Positions 22,817-32,515 of a DNA stretch of 34,350 nucleotides are shown here, piece after piece. This DNA is from Octopus bimaculoides. Lineage: Eukaryota. The notes under the pieces were generated by a model. It was not told the origin of the DNA, made no database searches, and saw nothing but the letters and a program-made list of their open reading frames with translations. The stretch spans positions 86,096,249 through 86,130,598 of the forward strand of contig NC_068981.1 in assembly GCF_001194135.2 (NCBI RefSeq), read 5' to 3'. Every line of letters starts with the position of its first letter. Within the stretch, counting starts at the first letter, position 1. The position numbers and the translations under genes are program-made.

Positions 22817-22853
22817 TCTTTGACGTTTCGAGCTACACTCTTCAACAGAAAGA
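22817..22853 (-). ncRNA. Minimal type I hammerhead ribozyme-like motif (variant core)
   Basis: The minus strand reads TCTTT-CTGTTGA-A-GAG tgtag CTC-GAAA-CG-TC-AAAGA: a 5 bp helix I, a 3 bp helix II and a palindromic ACGT helix III. The core has U at A6. Confidence 0.55.
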
Positions 22854-22941
22854 ATACGGAGACAAGGAGAAAAACACAGAGAAAAAAAATTGAATAGTGT
22901 TCAGTCAACGGTCAATCATAATAATGGCCGATCATAACAAT

Positions 22942-23931
22942 NNNNNNNNNNNNNNNNNNNNNNNNNNNNNNNNNNNNNNNNNNNNNNNNNNNNNNNNNNN
23001 NNNNNNNNNNNNNNNNNNNNNNNNNNNNNNNNNNNNNNNNNNNNNNNNNNNNNNNNNNNNNNNNNNNNNNNNNNNNNNNNNNNNNNNNNNNNNNNNNNNN
23101 NNNNNNNNNNNNNNNNNNNNNNNNNNNNNNNNNNNNNNNNNNNNNNNNNNNNNNNNNNNNNNNNNNNNNNNNNNNNNNNNNNNNNNNNNNNNNNNNNNNN
23201 NNNNNNNNNNNNNNNNNNNNNNNNNNNNNNNNNNNNNNNNNNNNNNNNNNNNNNNNNNNNNNNNNNNNNNNNNNNNNNNNNNNNNNNNNNNNNNNNNNNN
23301 NNNNNNNNNNNNNNNNNNNNNNNNNNNNNNNNNNNNNNNNNNNNNNNNNNNNNNNNNNNNNNNNNNNNNNNNNNNNNNNNNNNNNNNNNNNNNNNNNNNN
23401 NNNNNNNNNNNNNNNNNNNNNNNNNNNNNNNNNNNNNNNNNNNNNNNNNNNNNNNNNNNNNNNNNNNNNNNNNNNNNNNNNNNNNNNNNNNNNNNNNNNN
23501 NNNNNNNNNNNNNNNNNNNNNNNNNNNNNNNNNNNNNNNNNNNNNNNNNNNNNNNNNNNNNNNNNNNNNNNNNNNNNNNNNNNNNNNNNNNNNNNNNNNN
23601 NNNNNNNNNNNNNNNNNNNNNNNNNNNNNNNNNNNNNNNNNNNNNNNNNNNNNNNNNNNNNNNNNNNNNNNNNNNNNNNNNNNNNNNNNNNNNNNNNNNN
23701 NNNNNNNNNNNNNNNNNNNNNNNNNNNNNNNNNNNNNNNNNNNNNNNNNNNNNNNNNNNNNNNNNNNNNNNNNNNNNNNNNNNNNNNNNNNNNNNNNNNN
23801 NNNNNNNNNNNNNNNNNNNNNNNNNNNNNNNNNNNNNNNNNNNNNNNNNNNNNNNNNNNNNNNNNNNNNNNNNNNNNNNNNNNNNNNNNNNNNNNNNNNN
23901 NNNNNNNNNNNNNNNNNNNNNNNNNNNNNNN
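22942..23931. other. Assembly gap (N run)
   Basis: 990 N. Confidence 1.
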
Positions 23932-24170
23932 GATGGGTGGTAGGAGGGAGGGTGGGGGAGAGAGACAGGAGGAGGGGGTTAGATGAAGAGTGGAGGGGAG
24001 TTGAGCCCATGTGGCGCAAAGGAGCGAAGATAGAAGATTAATCCCTGTTGACGGCGCAAACGGGAGTCTGGATGGCCCCTGTGCATGGACAATCCAAACA
24101 CAGACAGGTGTTGCCGCAAGGAGTGGCCGGCAGAACGGAAGTGGCGTGACACCGGGGTGTCATTGCCGAC

Positions 24171-24405
24171 ATATGTATGTATGTATATATGTGTATATAT
24201 GTATATATATGTCTTAATAGCTTAATAGTTGTCAATGAGTGTCACTGTCATACAAGCAGTGTCATTCAATTCTAATATCCTGCGAAAATATGTCTGACTA
24301 AACAGAAGAAGTTGACAACAAGAAGGGCATCAGACCATAGAAAATATGCTTCAATAAACTACATCTGATCCATGCAAGCATGAAAAAGTAGGCATTAAAA
24401 TGATT
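24171..24405 (+). mobile_element. SINE type B, 3' half
   Basis: TGTCACTGTCATACAAGCAG...AAGAAGGGCATCAGACC...CCATGCAAGCATGAAAAAGTAGGCATTAAAATG. Confidence 0.7.
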
Positions 24406-24550
24406 GTGGTATGCAATCAACTTTTAAGTAACCAAGCTTGACCATTTTTGTATAAAAATTATATATTTAAAAGCATTTTTCCTTGTACTCTCCATATTTT
24501 TTATGTTTGGAAATTAGATGAATGTCATATTATTTTTCTTGTTATTTCAG

Positions 24551-24682
24551 GAGCATTCTGTGTTGCCTACCTAGTTCTGATGATGATATGTGGACTGCCC
24601 CTTGCATATCTAGAAACTTGTATAGGCCAATATGCTAAAGGAGGTCCGGTTATTGTTTGGAAGATCATGCCGATTGCTAAAG
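24551..24682 (+). CDS. SLC6-like gene, coding exon B (TM2, IL1)
   Basis: Acceptor gttatttcAG and donor AAG|GTTACT. Encodes (G)AFCVAYLVLMMICGLPLAYLETCIGQYAKGGPVIVWKIMPIAK(G), matching the SLC6 GAFLIPY...GxPLxxxExxxGQ...W...P..KG pattern. 132 nt, phase 1-1. Confidence 0.93.
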
Positions 24683-24909
24683 GTTACTTCATTAACTTTT
24701 TCTCATTTCATATGTTTTATATACCTTTAGCTAAAATGAAAATATTTATTCTACAGTTTTTGTCACAAATTTTTGTTTCAGAGAGAAATATATACTGTTA
24801 TTATTCACTGGTTTAGTTGGTCATATTGATTCTGAATATTTATATATGATATTAAGTTATGATTTAATTACTGTTGTTGATCTTGACAATTCAAATGTAA
24901 TATTGGAGG

Positions 24910-25305
24910 AAGAGGTAAGTTGATAACATCAACTCCAGTGTTCAACTGATACTATTTTATTGGCCCTGAAAGGATGAAAAGTAACATCAACCTTGGCAGA
25001 ATTTGAACTCAGAACATAAGGAGGAATGAAATGCCACTGAGCATTTTGCCTGGCATGCTAATGAATCTACAAGCATGCCACTTTACAATTCATATGAATA
25101 TTGATTTCAAATTTTGGCACAAAACCAGCAAGTTCAGAGGAAAGAACATGTCAATTACATCGACCCCAGTGCTCAACTAGTACTTATTTTATTGACTCCA
25201 GAAGGATGAAAGGCAAAATCAACCCCAGTGGCATTTAAACCCAGAATATAGAGACATGCCACTAAGCATTTTGCTCAGCATGTTAACAATTCTGCCAGCT
25301 TGTCA
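24910..25305 (-). mobile_element. Two tandem SINE type C copies
   Basis: Each copy has the reverse complement of TGGCAGAATTGTTAAC... and GAGTTCAAATTCTGCCAAGG. Confidence 0.7.
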
Positions 25306-25879
25306 TCTTGTAATATTAAATGACATTTTATTATTTAACATATTACATTAATTCTGATGGGTCTTTTCCATGATTTGAGATTCACTTATAATACCAACTG
25401 CTCAATACTTTAATTGGTTCTTTATTTTGGAAATTTATCGTGTAGTATTGATTAAAATAGGTTTCACTAACCACACCAAGTTTACCAGCTATGAAGGGGA
25501 CTTGGTATAGCCATTAAAACATTGGATAGAATGCTTGATGCTATTTGAATCAACTCTCTTCACCCTGAGTTCAAATCACAATGAGATCGGCTTTGCCTTC
25601 AATCCTTTTGTGGTCAATAAAAGAGTATCAATCCTGAACCGTAAGAACACCAAACAGATGCTTCTTGCAGCATTTGTTCCAGCTCTTTGTGTTTTGAGTT
25701 GAAATCTTACCATAGCCTTATGTATGGGTGGTTGGCTTTATCTGTTTCTTGGTGCTTTGAGTGCCCTTCATGGTGTTGATTCTGTTGTAAGCATTTGGGC
25801 CAGATCTCTGGTTTGAGGATACTGTCTTTTCTCCTCCTCACCCATTTTTGAGACCCTGTAAATGGTCATAGGCACTTCC

Positions 25880-26165
25880 CACCGTTTCACTAAACTTTTT
25901 ATCCTTATTTGTTTCTGAGGCACTGCCTTGAAGACTTTAGTTAAACAAATTGACCCCAGTACTTATATTTTTAAATCTGGTACTTATTCTGTTGGTGTCT
26001 TTTGCTGAGCCACCAAGTTATGGGGTCTTAAACAAACCAACACTGACAGGGTGGGGGACAAACATACTCACAAAGGCATACACTTGCCCAAGGTACCACA
26101 CACTGAGACTGAATCCATAACCACATAGCTGCAAAGTGAGCTTCTAAACCATACAGCCATGCCTA
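25880..26165 (-). mobile_element. SINE type A, internally deleted
   Basis: Reverse body GGTACTTATTCT...GGGGACAAAC joined to reverse head CTTGCCCAAGGTACC...CAGCCATGCC. Confidence 0.65.
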
Positions 26166-26267
26166 AAAAACTCTTACCTTCTTGCAGTAAAGCATTTTGT
26201 AAGTTCTTAAAGGACTGATTAAGGTAACAGAATAGCAAATCAAATAAGCTAATTGTTTGAGAACATC

Positions 26268-26545
26268 ATCATCATTACCATTATCATTTAACATTCGTTT
26301 TCCATGCTGGCATGGGTTGGACAGCTTGATAGGAATTGGTAAGGCCAGGGGCTGCACCAAGTTCCATAGTCTGTTCTAGCTTGGTTTCTATGGCTGGATG
26401 CCCTTCCTAACATCAACTACTTTACAGAATGTACTGGGTGCTTTTTATGAGGCAGCATCACCAGTGCTTTTTATGTGACACCAGTGCTTTTTTATGTGGC
26501 ACCAGCAACCACACCAATGATTCTTATGTGGCACCTTGGTTTTAA
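26268..26545 (-). mobile_element. RTE LINE 3' end fragment
   Basis: (CAT)n, TTTAACATTCGTTTTCCATGCTGGCATGGGTTGG, and short TGCTTTTTATGTG repeats, as at 30722-31160. Confidence 0.75.
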
Positions 26546-27379
26546 GATCTCAGTTTTTTAAGATCTCAAGTACAACTAATATTCAATCAAAACGTTAGTT
26601 ACAAAATCAGTATTTCAAATTGCTCAAAGTTGATATTATTCAGTTTTTATTGCTATCAAAATTAATACGACGTTTTTAAATATTGTGATAACTATTTAAG
26701 GATATCATAAACTAAAAAATATAAGACACCCACTCACCACTAAAATACAGATAAATGCTAATTTTAAAATATATGGGTTTATAAGAAAAGTCTGATAACA
26801 GCTGCTTACATGTATCCTTATTAATGAGGGGTTCGAATTAGGAAGAATTATAACTGATATTGTGAAATCATAGTTTTCAAAGTATGGATATAAAAAACAA
26901 ACCAAAAATCATTATCATGAAAGTAAATAATATTTTATTTATATATTTTCTGTGTATTACTAATCTCAACTTACAAATTCTTGGAACCTAATGGGAACAT
27001 ATAGAAATGTCTTATTGTAATTTTTGGAAATCTATTTGAGAAATGAGACAAAGTTTTACCATTAGCATTATGAGCATTGTTTTTGATGCAGCTTTTTTCA
27101 AGCTAGTATGGGTTGGACAGGTCTATAACATACATTTATTTCTTTATGTAATGGTCCTGCATCATCTCATCCAATATTTTTATATTTCATCTAATGACTT
27201 GTTTTGTACCATTTGTTCAATAAGCAACTTTTTTTTATCAGATTAAAGTAATGTAGCTTTGTTTTAGTTTACAAATTTTTTTGTTTCAATTCAAAGATAC
27301 TTTGCATTTGATTCATGAGGGAGTTTTCAGTTATCAATCGCCTGATGTTTTACACTTTTGCCAATTTGCCACCCTTTGC

Positions 27380-27669
27380 AATAGCCTCAAGCCAATTGAT
27401 GTTTTGTGAGTGGATTTGGCAGATGAAAACTGAAAGAAACCCACTGTATGTATGTATGTATACATGTATGGTTGGGTTGGCTGGATGGGTGCATATAACT
27501 ATATATATATATATATATATGTGGCCTGTGTGTTTTCTGTACCTTGTTTATCATTTTGTCCATGCTTTTTTGCAACGTCATGTACCCAGATATGCATCTA
27601 TATATACATGTAGATGAAGGTATGTACATACATGTACATATATATGCATATACTCATATATTATTTGTA

Positions 27670-27746
<77 letters not shown>

Positions 27747-27978
27747 TTGCATCTCTTTGTCTTGACATCACATGATAGTAATAATGTGTCACTGTGCCAC
27801 ACAAGCAGTGTAATTCTTATCCAATTTTCCATGAAAACTTCTCCAGCCACAAGGAAATATTACTTTGCATGGAAAAAGGTGAGGGTTGGTGACAAGAAAA
27901 CCATCCAACCATAAAAAAATATGCCTTGAGAAATTCTGTCTGACCCATGCAAGTATGGAAAAGTGAAGATTAAAATAA
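27380..27978 (+). mobile_element. SINE type B (5'-eroded) with (TG)n
   Basis: Body and tail are homologous to 19322-19960. Confidence 0.7.
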
Positions 27979-28131
27979 CAAAGTCAATGATGTGTTTTAA
28001 TGTTTGTATTTGTTTATTTGAAATGTAAACATTGAATAAATATGTATTGCAAAAACGTAATCTAAAGGGTTTTTCTTTTTTTGTATCATTTGAAACTAAT
28101 TTAAACAAATTTCCTTTTTCTTAATTTATAG

Positions 28132-28269
28132 GTCTTAGCTGGGCAATGTTAGTGGTTACAATCCTTATTGCCATGTATTATAGTGTTATAATGTCTTGGA
28201 GCCTTTACTATGCTGGGATGTCCATTATACAACCTTTGCCATGGATATGTAGTAAAACATATACAAACA
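28132..28269 (+). CDS. SLC6-like gene, coding exon C (TM3, start of EL2)
   Basis: Acceptor ttaatttatAG and donor A|GTGAGT. Encodes (G)LSWAMLVVTILIAMYYSVIMSWSLYYAGMSIIQPLPWICSKTYTN, matching the SLC6 YYN.I..W.LYY and LPW.C motifs. 138 nt, phase 1-1. Confidence 0.93.
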
Positions 28270-29120
28270 GTGAGTACACTTTTTTTTTTCTGTTTTGTGC
28301 AAACTCAGTTTTGACATCAGTCAATGAAAGGATAAATTGCCCTTTCTATTTCATATGAAAGGATAGACTGAACTTTATATTTTTTTAAATGAAAAATTTC
28401 AGAGCAGTTAATGTAAATTTCTATTCTTGAATTTGACTGTTCTGTAAATCTAAATGTCAAATGCTCACTTCTCATTCAATTTTGCCGCCACCTCACCCTT
28501 GCCTCTTCTTTTCTTTTCTTTTTTATGTCTTTCTTTCCTTCTTCCTATCTCATTCAGTTTCCCTCCTACTTCTTGTTTATGTTTGAAGTTCACATTATCT
28601 TGCATTCCCCTTCAGTTGCAGCCAGTTTCTCAATCACAGGGGATATAAAAGTCTACTGTATTTCATTTATTTTTCTCCTGTTGTCTTTACTCTGAGAAAG
28701 AAGTCTGTCTGAAAGGTTGGACATACCACTCCCCACAGGAATTTCACTGTACTCCTTTTGTCACTTTTTCTAGATAATACAAGTATTGCCAATGCAGACT
28801 TACCACTAGTTTTCATGGATTCTGTTTCATCTGTTTTATATTTTCAATAAAGTTATACCAATAACTCTTGTAAACACCATTTAAAGTGTTGAAGTATAAA
28901 AAGGTTATTTCTAACTGAAATGCTAATGACCCTATTTCTCAATGGAATTATATTTCCTTTAAAATTATTTCAATATAGCATGTTCTTTTTCACTTTGTTT
29001 TGTTTTTTCTTTACAGAAAACATAATTAAAAAATTTATTATTTCCTGAATATTGAATCACAGCTCTCATTTGAAAGTTGTTGCATGCTTGCTGCATGAAA
29101 ATAATTACAATTATATTTTC

Positions 29121-29550
29121 GGGCAAGGCTGTGTGGTTTGGAAGTTTGCTTCCCAATCACTTGGGTCTGAATTCAGTCTCAACATGTGGCACACTGGGCA
29201 AGTGTTTTCTACTATACCCCCAAGCCAGCCAGAGCCTTATAAGTAGATCTGGTGAGCAGAAACTGAAAGAAGCCCATTGTATATGTATATATATATGTTT
29301 GTATGTGTGTGTGAGTATGTGAATTTTTGTGCCTTCTTGTCTCAATATTGTATGATTGTTGTAAATGAATGTCATTCATTTCCAATCAATATTCTGCATA
29401 AACATGTCAGGCCAAGGGGAAATATTAACTTGCTTGGAAACAGGTAAGGGTTGATGACAGGAAAGGCATCTGACCATAAAAAATCTACCTTAAAAACTCT
29501 GCCAGACCTATGCAAGCATGGGAAAGTGGACATTAAATAAATAATGATGA
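29121..29550 (+). mobile_element. SINE type B, complete
   Basis: Head GGCTGTGTGGTTTGG. Tail AGGAAAGGCATCTGACC...ATGCAAGCATGGGAAAGTGGACATTAAAT. Confidence 0.8.
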
Positions 29551-29636
29551 AAATGATTAAAAAGAACTACTTATTAATAATTTATGTCTTCGTTTTAAGA
29601 ATGCTGATCTATCACCATCTTTTTAATTAAATAATC

Positions 29637-29785
29637 ATTGTCATCATCATCATCATTTAACGTCCATTTTCCAAGCTGGCATGGGTTGTACATTTTGACA
29701 GGAGCTGACCAGCAGAAGGACTGTTCAGGCTCCATGTCTATTTTGGCAAAATTTCTACAGTTGATGCCCTTCTTAACTCTAACCC
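29637..29785 (-). mobile_element. RTE LINE 3' end fragment
   Basis: (CAT)n followed by TTTAACGTCCATTTTCCAAGCTGGCATGGGTTG. Confidence 0.7.
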
Positions 29786-29926
29786 TTCCTCACACTAACT
29801 ACAAGTTGTAAATCTTTTCTGATGTGTTTTACTATACATTGCAATTTCCCAAAATTTCTCTTTGCTCCATAAATATCTGATATTTTTGCTCAGTGTAACC
29901 TTTTAAAAATTACTCTTTTCTCACAG

Positions 29927-30086
29927 GCAACAATCCCCTTTGTGAATCCTCATTTCTTACGTCACATTCATATCAACATCACCAAGAACGGAATCAACAG
30001 CATGTTGGTTTGTTTCTTCATATAAATACAACAAACACAAGCCTTGCAACTGCCCTCTATAACTTACCTAGTGGCATCTATTTTCA
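29927..30086 (+). CDS. SLC6-like gene, coding exon D (extracellular loop 2)
   Basis: Acceptor tactcttttctcacAG and donor CA|GTAAGT. The phase fits both neighbouring exons (1 in, 2 out). Encodes (S)NNPLCESSFLTSHSYQHHQERNQQHVGLFLHINTTNTSLATALYNLPSGIYF(Q), with the second EL2 Cys and two N-glycosylation sequons (NTT, NTS). Confidence 0.85.
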
Positions 30087-30721
30087 GTAAGTCATTTGAT
30101 TGTCTTCATTTTTTTAATTTTTAACTGAGCTCTATTTATTCCAATCTAGAAGAATCATTCTGATTTCACTATGAAATAATTTGAATCAAATGATTGTAGA
30201 CAATTTTAGAAATACTCTCAAATACTCTCCATAGCCTTTTGAAAATAATTATTATCAAAGCTTGATATATCTTGACCAAAGAAGAATCATTTGGGGTTTA
30301 TTATTTACCTGGATGTCAACAGATAAGACAAGCTTTAGTTACATTGCATAGGTTAATAGTAACAAGATAGTGGTCACACACACAAATGGAAGTAAAAGAT
30401 AAAGTTCATGAGTTATATTTTTATATAAAGCGTCAGGGTTGTCACTTTTGTGGGAAGTTAGTATTAAGTTACAGATCTGCCATGAATAAATAAACCTATA
30501 ATCAAAAGCATTCTACCCATGACCGTCATGTCTTCTTAAGCATTATCTAATGTGTCCCCTTCCGTTTTTTTTCAAATTGTAGAGTTTATTTCAAGGGAGA
30601 TATTGTTGCTATTTCTAAAGGAATGTGTGATCTCATAGAGGCTCTCTCATAGTAGAGGTTTCTGACTCTGAATCAGCTGACTCAGCATAAATAGGACTGG
30701 ACAGCCAGGTGACAATTTGGT

Positions 30722-32095
30722 CATTCATCATCGTCATCATCATCATCATCATCATCATTAACGTCCGTTTTCCATGCTGGCATGGTTGGACGGTTTGACT
30801 AAGGTCTGGAAAGCCAGTGGCTGCACCAGGCTCCAATATGATCTGGCAATGTTTCTACAGTTGGATGCCCTTCTTAACACCAACCACTCCAAGAGTGTAG
30901 TGGGTGCTTTTTACATGTCACTGGCACAGGAGCCAGTCAGGCAGGCCTGGCATTGTTCATGTTTGGATAGTGCTTTTTACATACCACCAACAAGGGAGCC
31001 AGTCAGGGTACTGGCATCAGCTACATTCGGATGGTGCTTTTTACATGCCACTGGCACAGGAGCCAGTCAGGGGGTATTGGCATTGGTCACATTCGGATGG
31101 TGCTTTTTATGTGCCACCAGCTTGGGAGCCAGTCAGTGGGCACTGGCTACAGCTACGATATTGGTTTTAGTTGACTCAACAGGTCTTCTCAAGCATATCA
31201 TATTGCCCCATTCATCAGGGGTACTCTTAACTGGGCTAGACATGCATGGCTGCGATCTCCCTTTAGTTGCCGGGTCTTTTCAATCACAGTATATCTCCAA
31301 AGGTCTTGGTCTCCTGTCATTGCCTCTGTGAGGCCCAATGTTCGAAGGTCATGCTCCACCACCTCATCCCAGGTCTACCTATTCCACCGGTTCCTTCCAC
31401 AGTTAGGGAGTGACACTTCCTCACACAGCTGTCCTCATCCAAACATAAAACATGACCACACAGTGCAGTTGTCTCTCTTGCACACCACATTTGATGCTTC
31501 TTATGCCCAACTTTTCTCTCAGGGCGCTTACACTCAGTCATATATGCACACAGACATTACACATCCAGCAGATCATACTAGCTTCATTTCTTGCAAGCCT
31601 ACGCATGTCCTCAGCATTCTCAGAGTAATCACCCCTATTACAGACTTGGTCACCTAGGTAGCGGAAGATATTAACTACTTCTAGTTTCTCCCCCTGGCAT
31701 GTGATGAAATCTGTTTTCTGTACATTTTCAGTGTTTATTGCCCCTGTGCATCTGCCACATACAAAAACTATCTTCCTGGTTAACCTTCCTTTGATATTGC
31801 TGCACCTTTTATGTGTCCATAGCTTACACCGGGTACATGGTATGGAGTTTCTACCTACGCCCTTTCTACAGATCGAGTAGGGCCATCTACCTGAAGGGGT
31901 TAGTGATTTGACAGCCTTCCTACTTACTAAGACTTTGGTTTTTGCTAGGTTAACTCTAAGGCCTTTCAATTCTAGACCTTGCTTCCGCACCCTAAACTTA
32001 GTCTCTAGTTCTGGCAGTGATTCAGCTATTAGAGCAAGGTCATCAGCATAGAGGAGCTTCCAGGGGCAGCCTGTCTTGAATTACTTTGTTATTGC
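30722..32095 (-). mobile_element. RTE-clade LINE, 5'-truncated (RT C-terminus with YADD, PHD-like finger, 3' UTR, (ATG)n tail)
   Basis: CPWKLLYADDLALIAESL (YADD at 32050-32039), then GLRVNLAKTKVL, FRYLGD and GHVLCLDEDSCV...GRPGMRW. The frame has frameshifts and stops, and the 3' end is GGACGTTAATGATGATG. Confidence 0.88.
30899..31165. repeat. Four tandem ~65 bp units in the RTE 3' UTR
   Basis: GGTGCTTTTTACATGCCACTGGCACAGGAGCCAGTCAGGG...CTGGCAT repeated four times. Confidence 0.8.
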
Positions 32096-32515
32096 CTATT
32101 GAAGCCTCTAAATACACTTATCACATTGTGAGTGAGACTCTGATAACAAAGTTGTAAGAGGCAGACATGGTGAAAATATGAGAGTAGTCAGATCATTCGG
32201 GAGATGGCAGATGGATTTCTCAGTCATATAAGATGAAAAAAATAGTAATTTAAAGTATCTCTTTAATTCTTTTCCTTAATTTCAAATTCAAGTACCTAAT
32301 CCCACCAAACATTATAAAGAAATGATTATCTCCTTTATATTAACTGTCAATTCAGGAATACTACATGTCAGAAAACTTATATATATTGCAGTTTTACAAT
32401 ATATTTTGAATAAAAGTTATAAAATATAATCAAAGTAACTGAGGATGTGATTGAGATATGTCAAGAGGCTTAAACTTTAAGTTTTTATTTTAAGATGAGA
32501 AGATTAAAAAGAATA

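Larger units (their letters stand above)
22726..24170 (-). mobile_element. Penelope-like element, 5'-truncated (GIY-YIG C-terminus 24170-23979, 3' region/pseudo-LTR spanning the gap)
   Basis: The minus frame VGNDTPVSRHFRSAGHSLRQHLSVFGLSMHRGHPDSRLRRQQGLIFYLRSFAPHGLNSPPLFI* matches the PLE endonuclease end (PV..HF...H...GLN). A hammerhead-like motif lies at 22817-22853 and microsatellites flank both sides. Continuity across the gap is inferred. Confidence 0.75.

Noticed and set aside
24448-24816. 122-aa ORF taken as a complete gene
   Set aside because: Only 24551-24682 is SLC6-like and bounded by splice sites. The rest is intron read-through.
30899-31165. Regularly spaced repeats superficially like a CRISPR array
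   Set aside because: The context is eukaryotic, the units are fully repeated without unique spacers, they lie in a LINE 3' UTR, and there are no cas genes.
30774-31331. 185-aa plus-strand ORF
   Set aside because: It is antisense to the RTE 3' UTR and tandem array, has repetitive content, and resembles no known family.
32130-32232. Short open frame NKVVRGRHGEN...RW considered as the post-EL2 SLC6 exon
   Set aside because: It has no usable acceptor or donor and hits a stop. The real exon at 33844-33967 fits both phase and motif.
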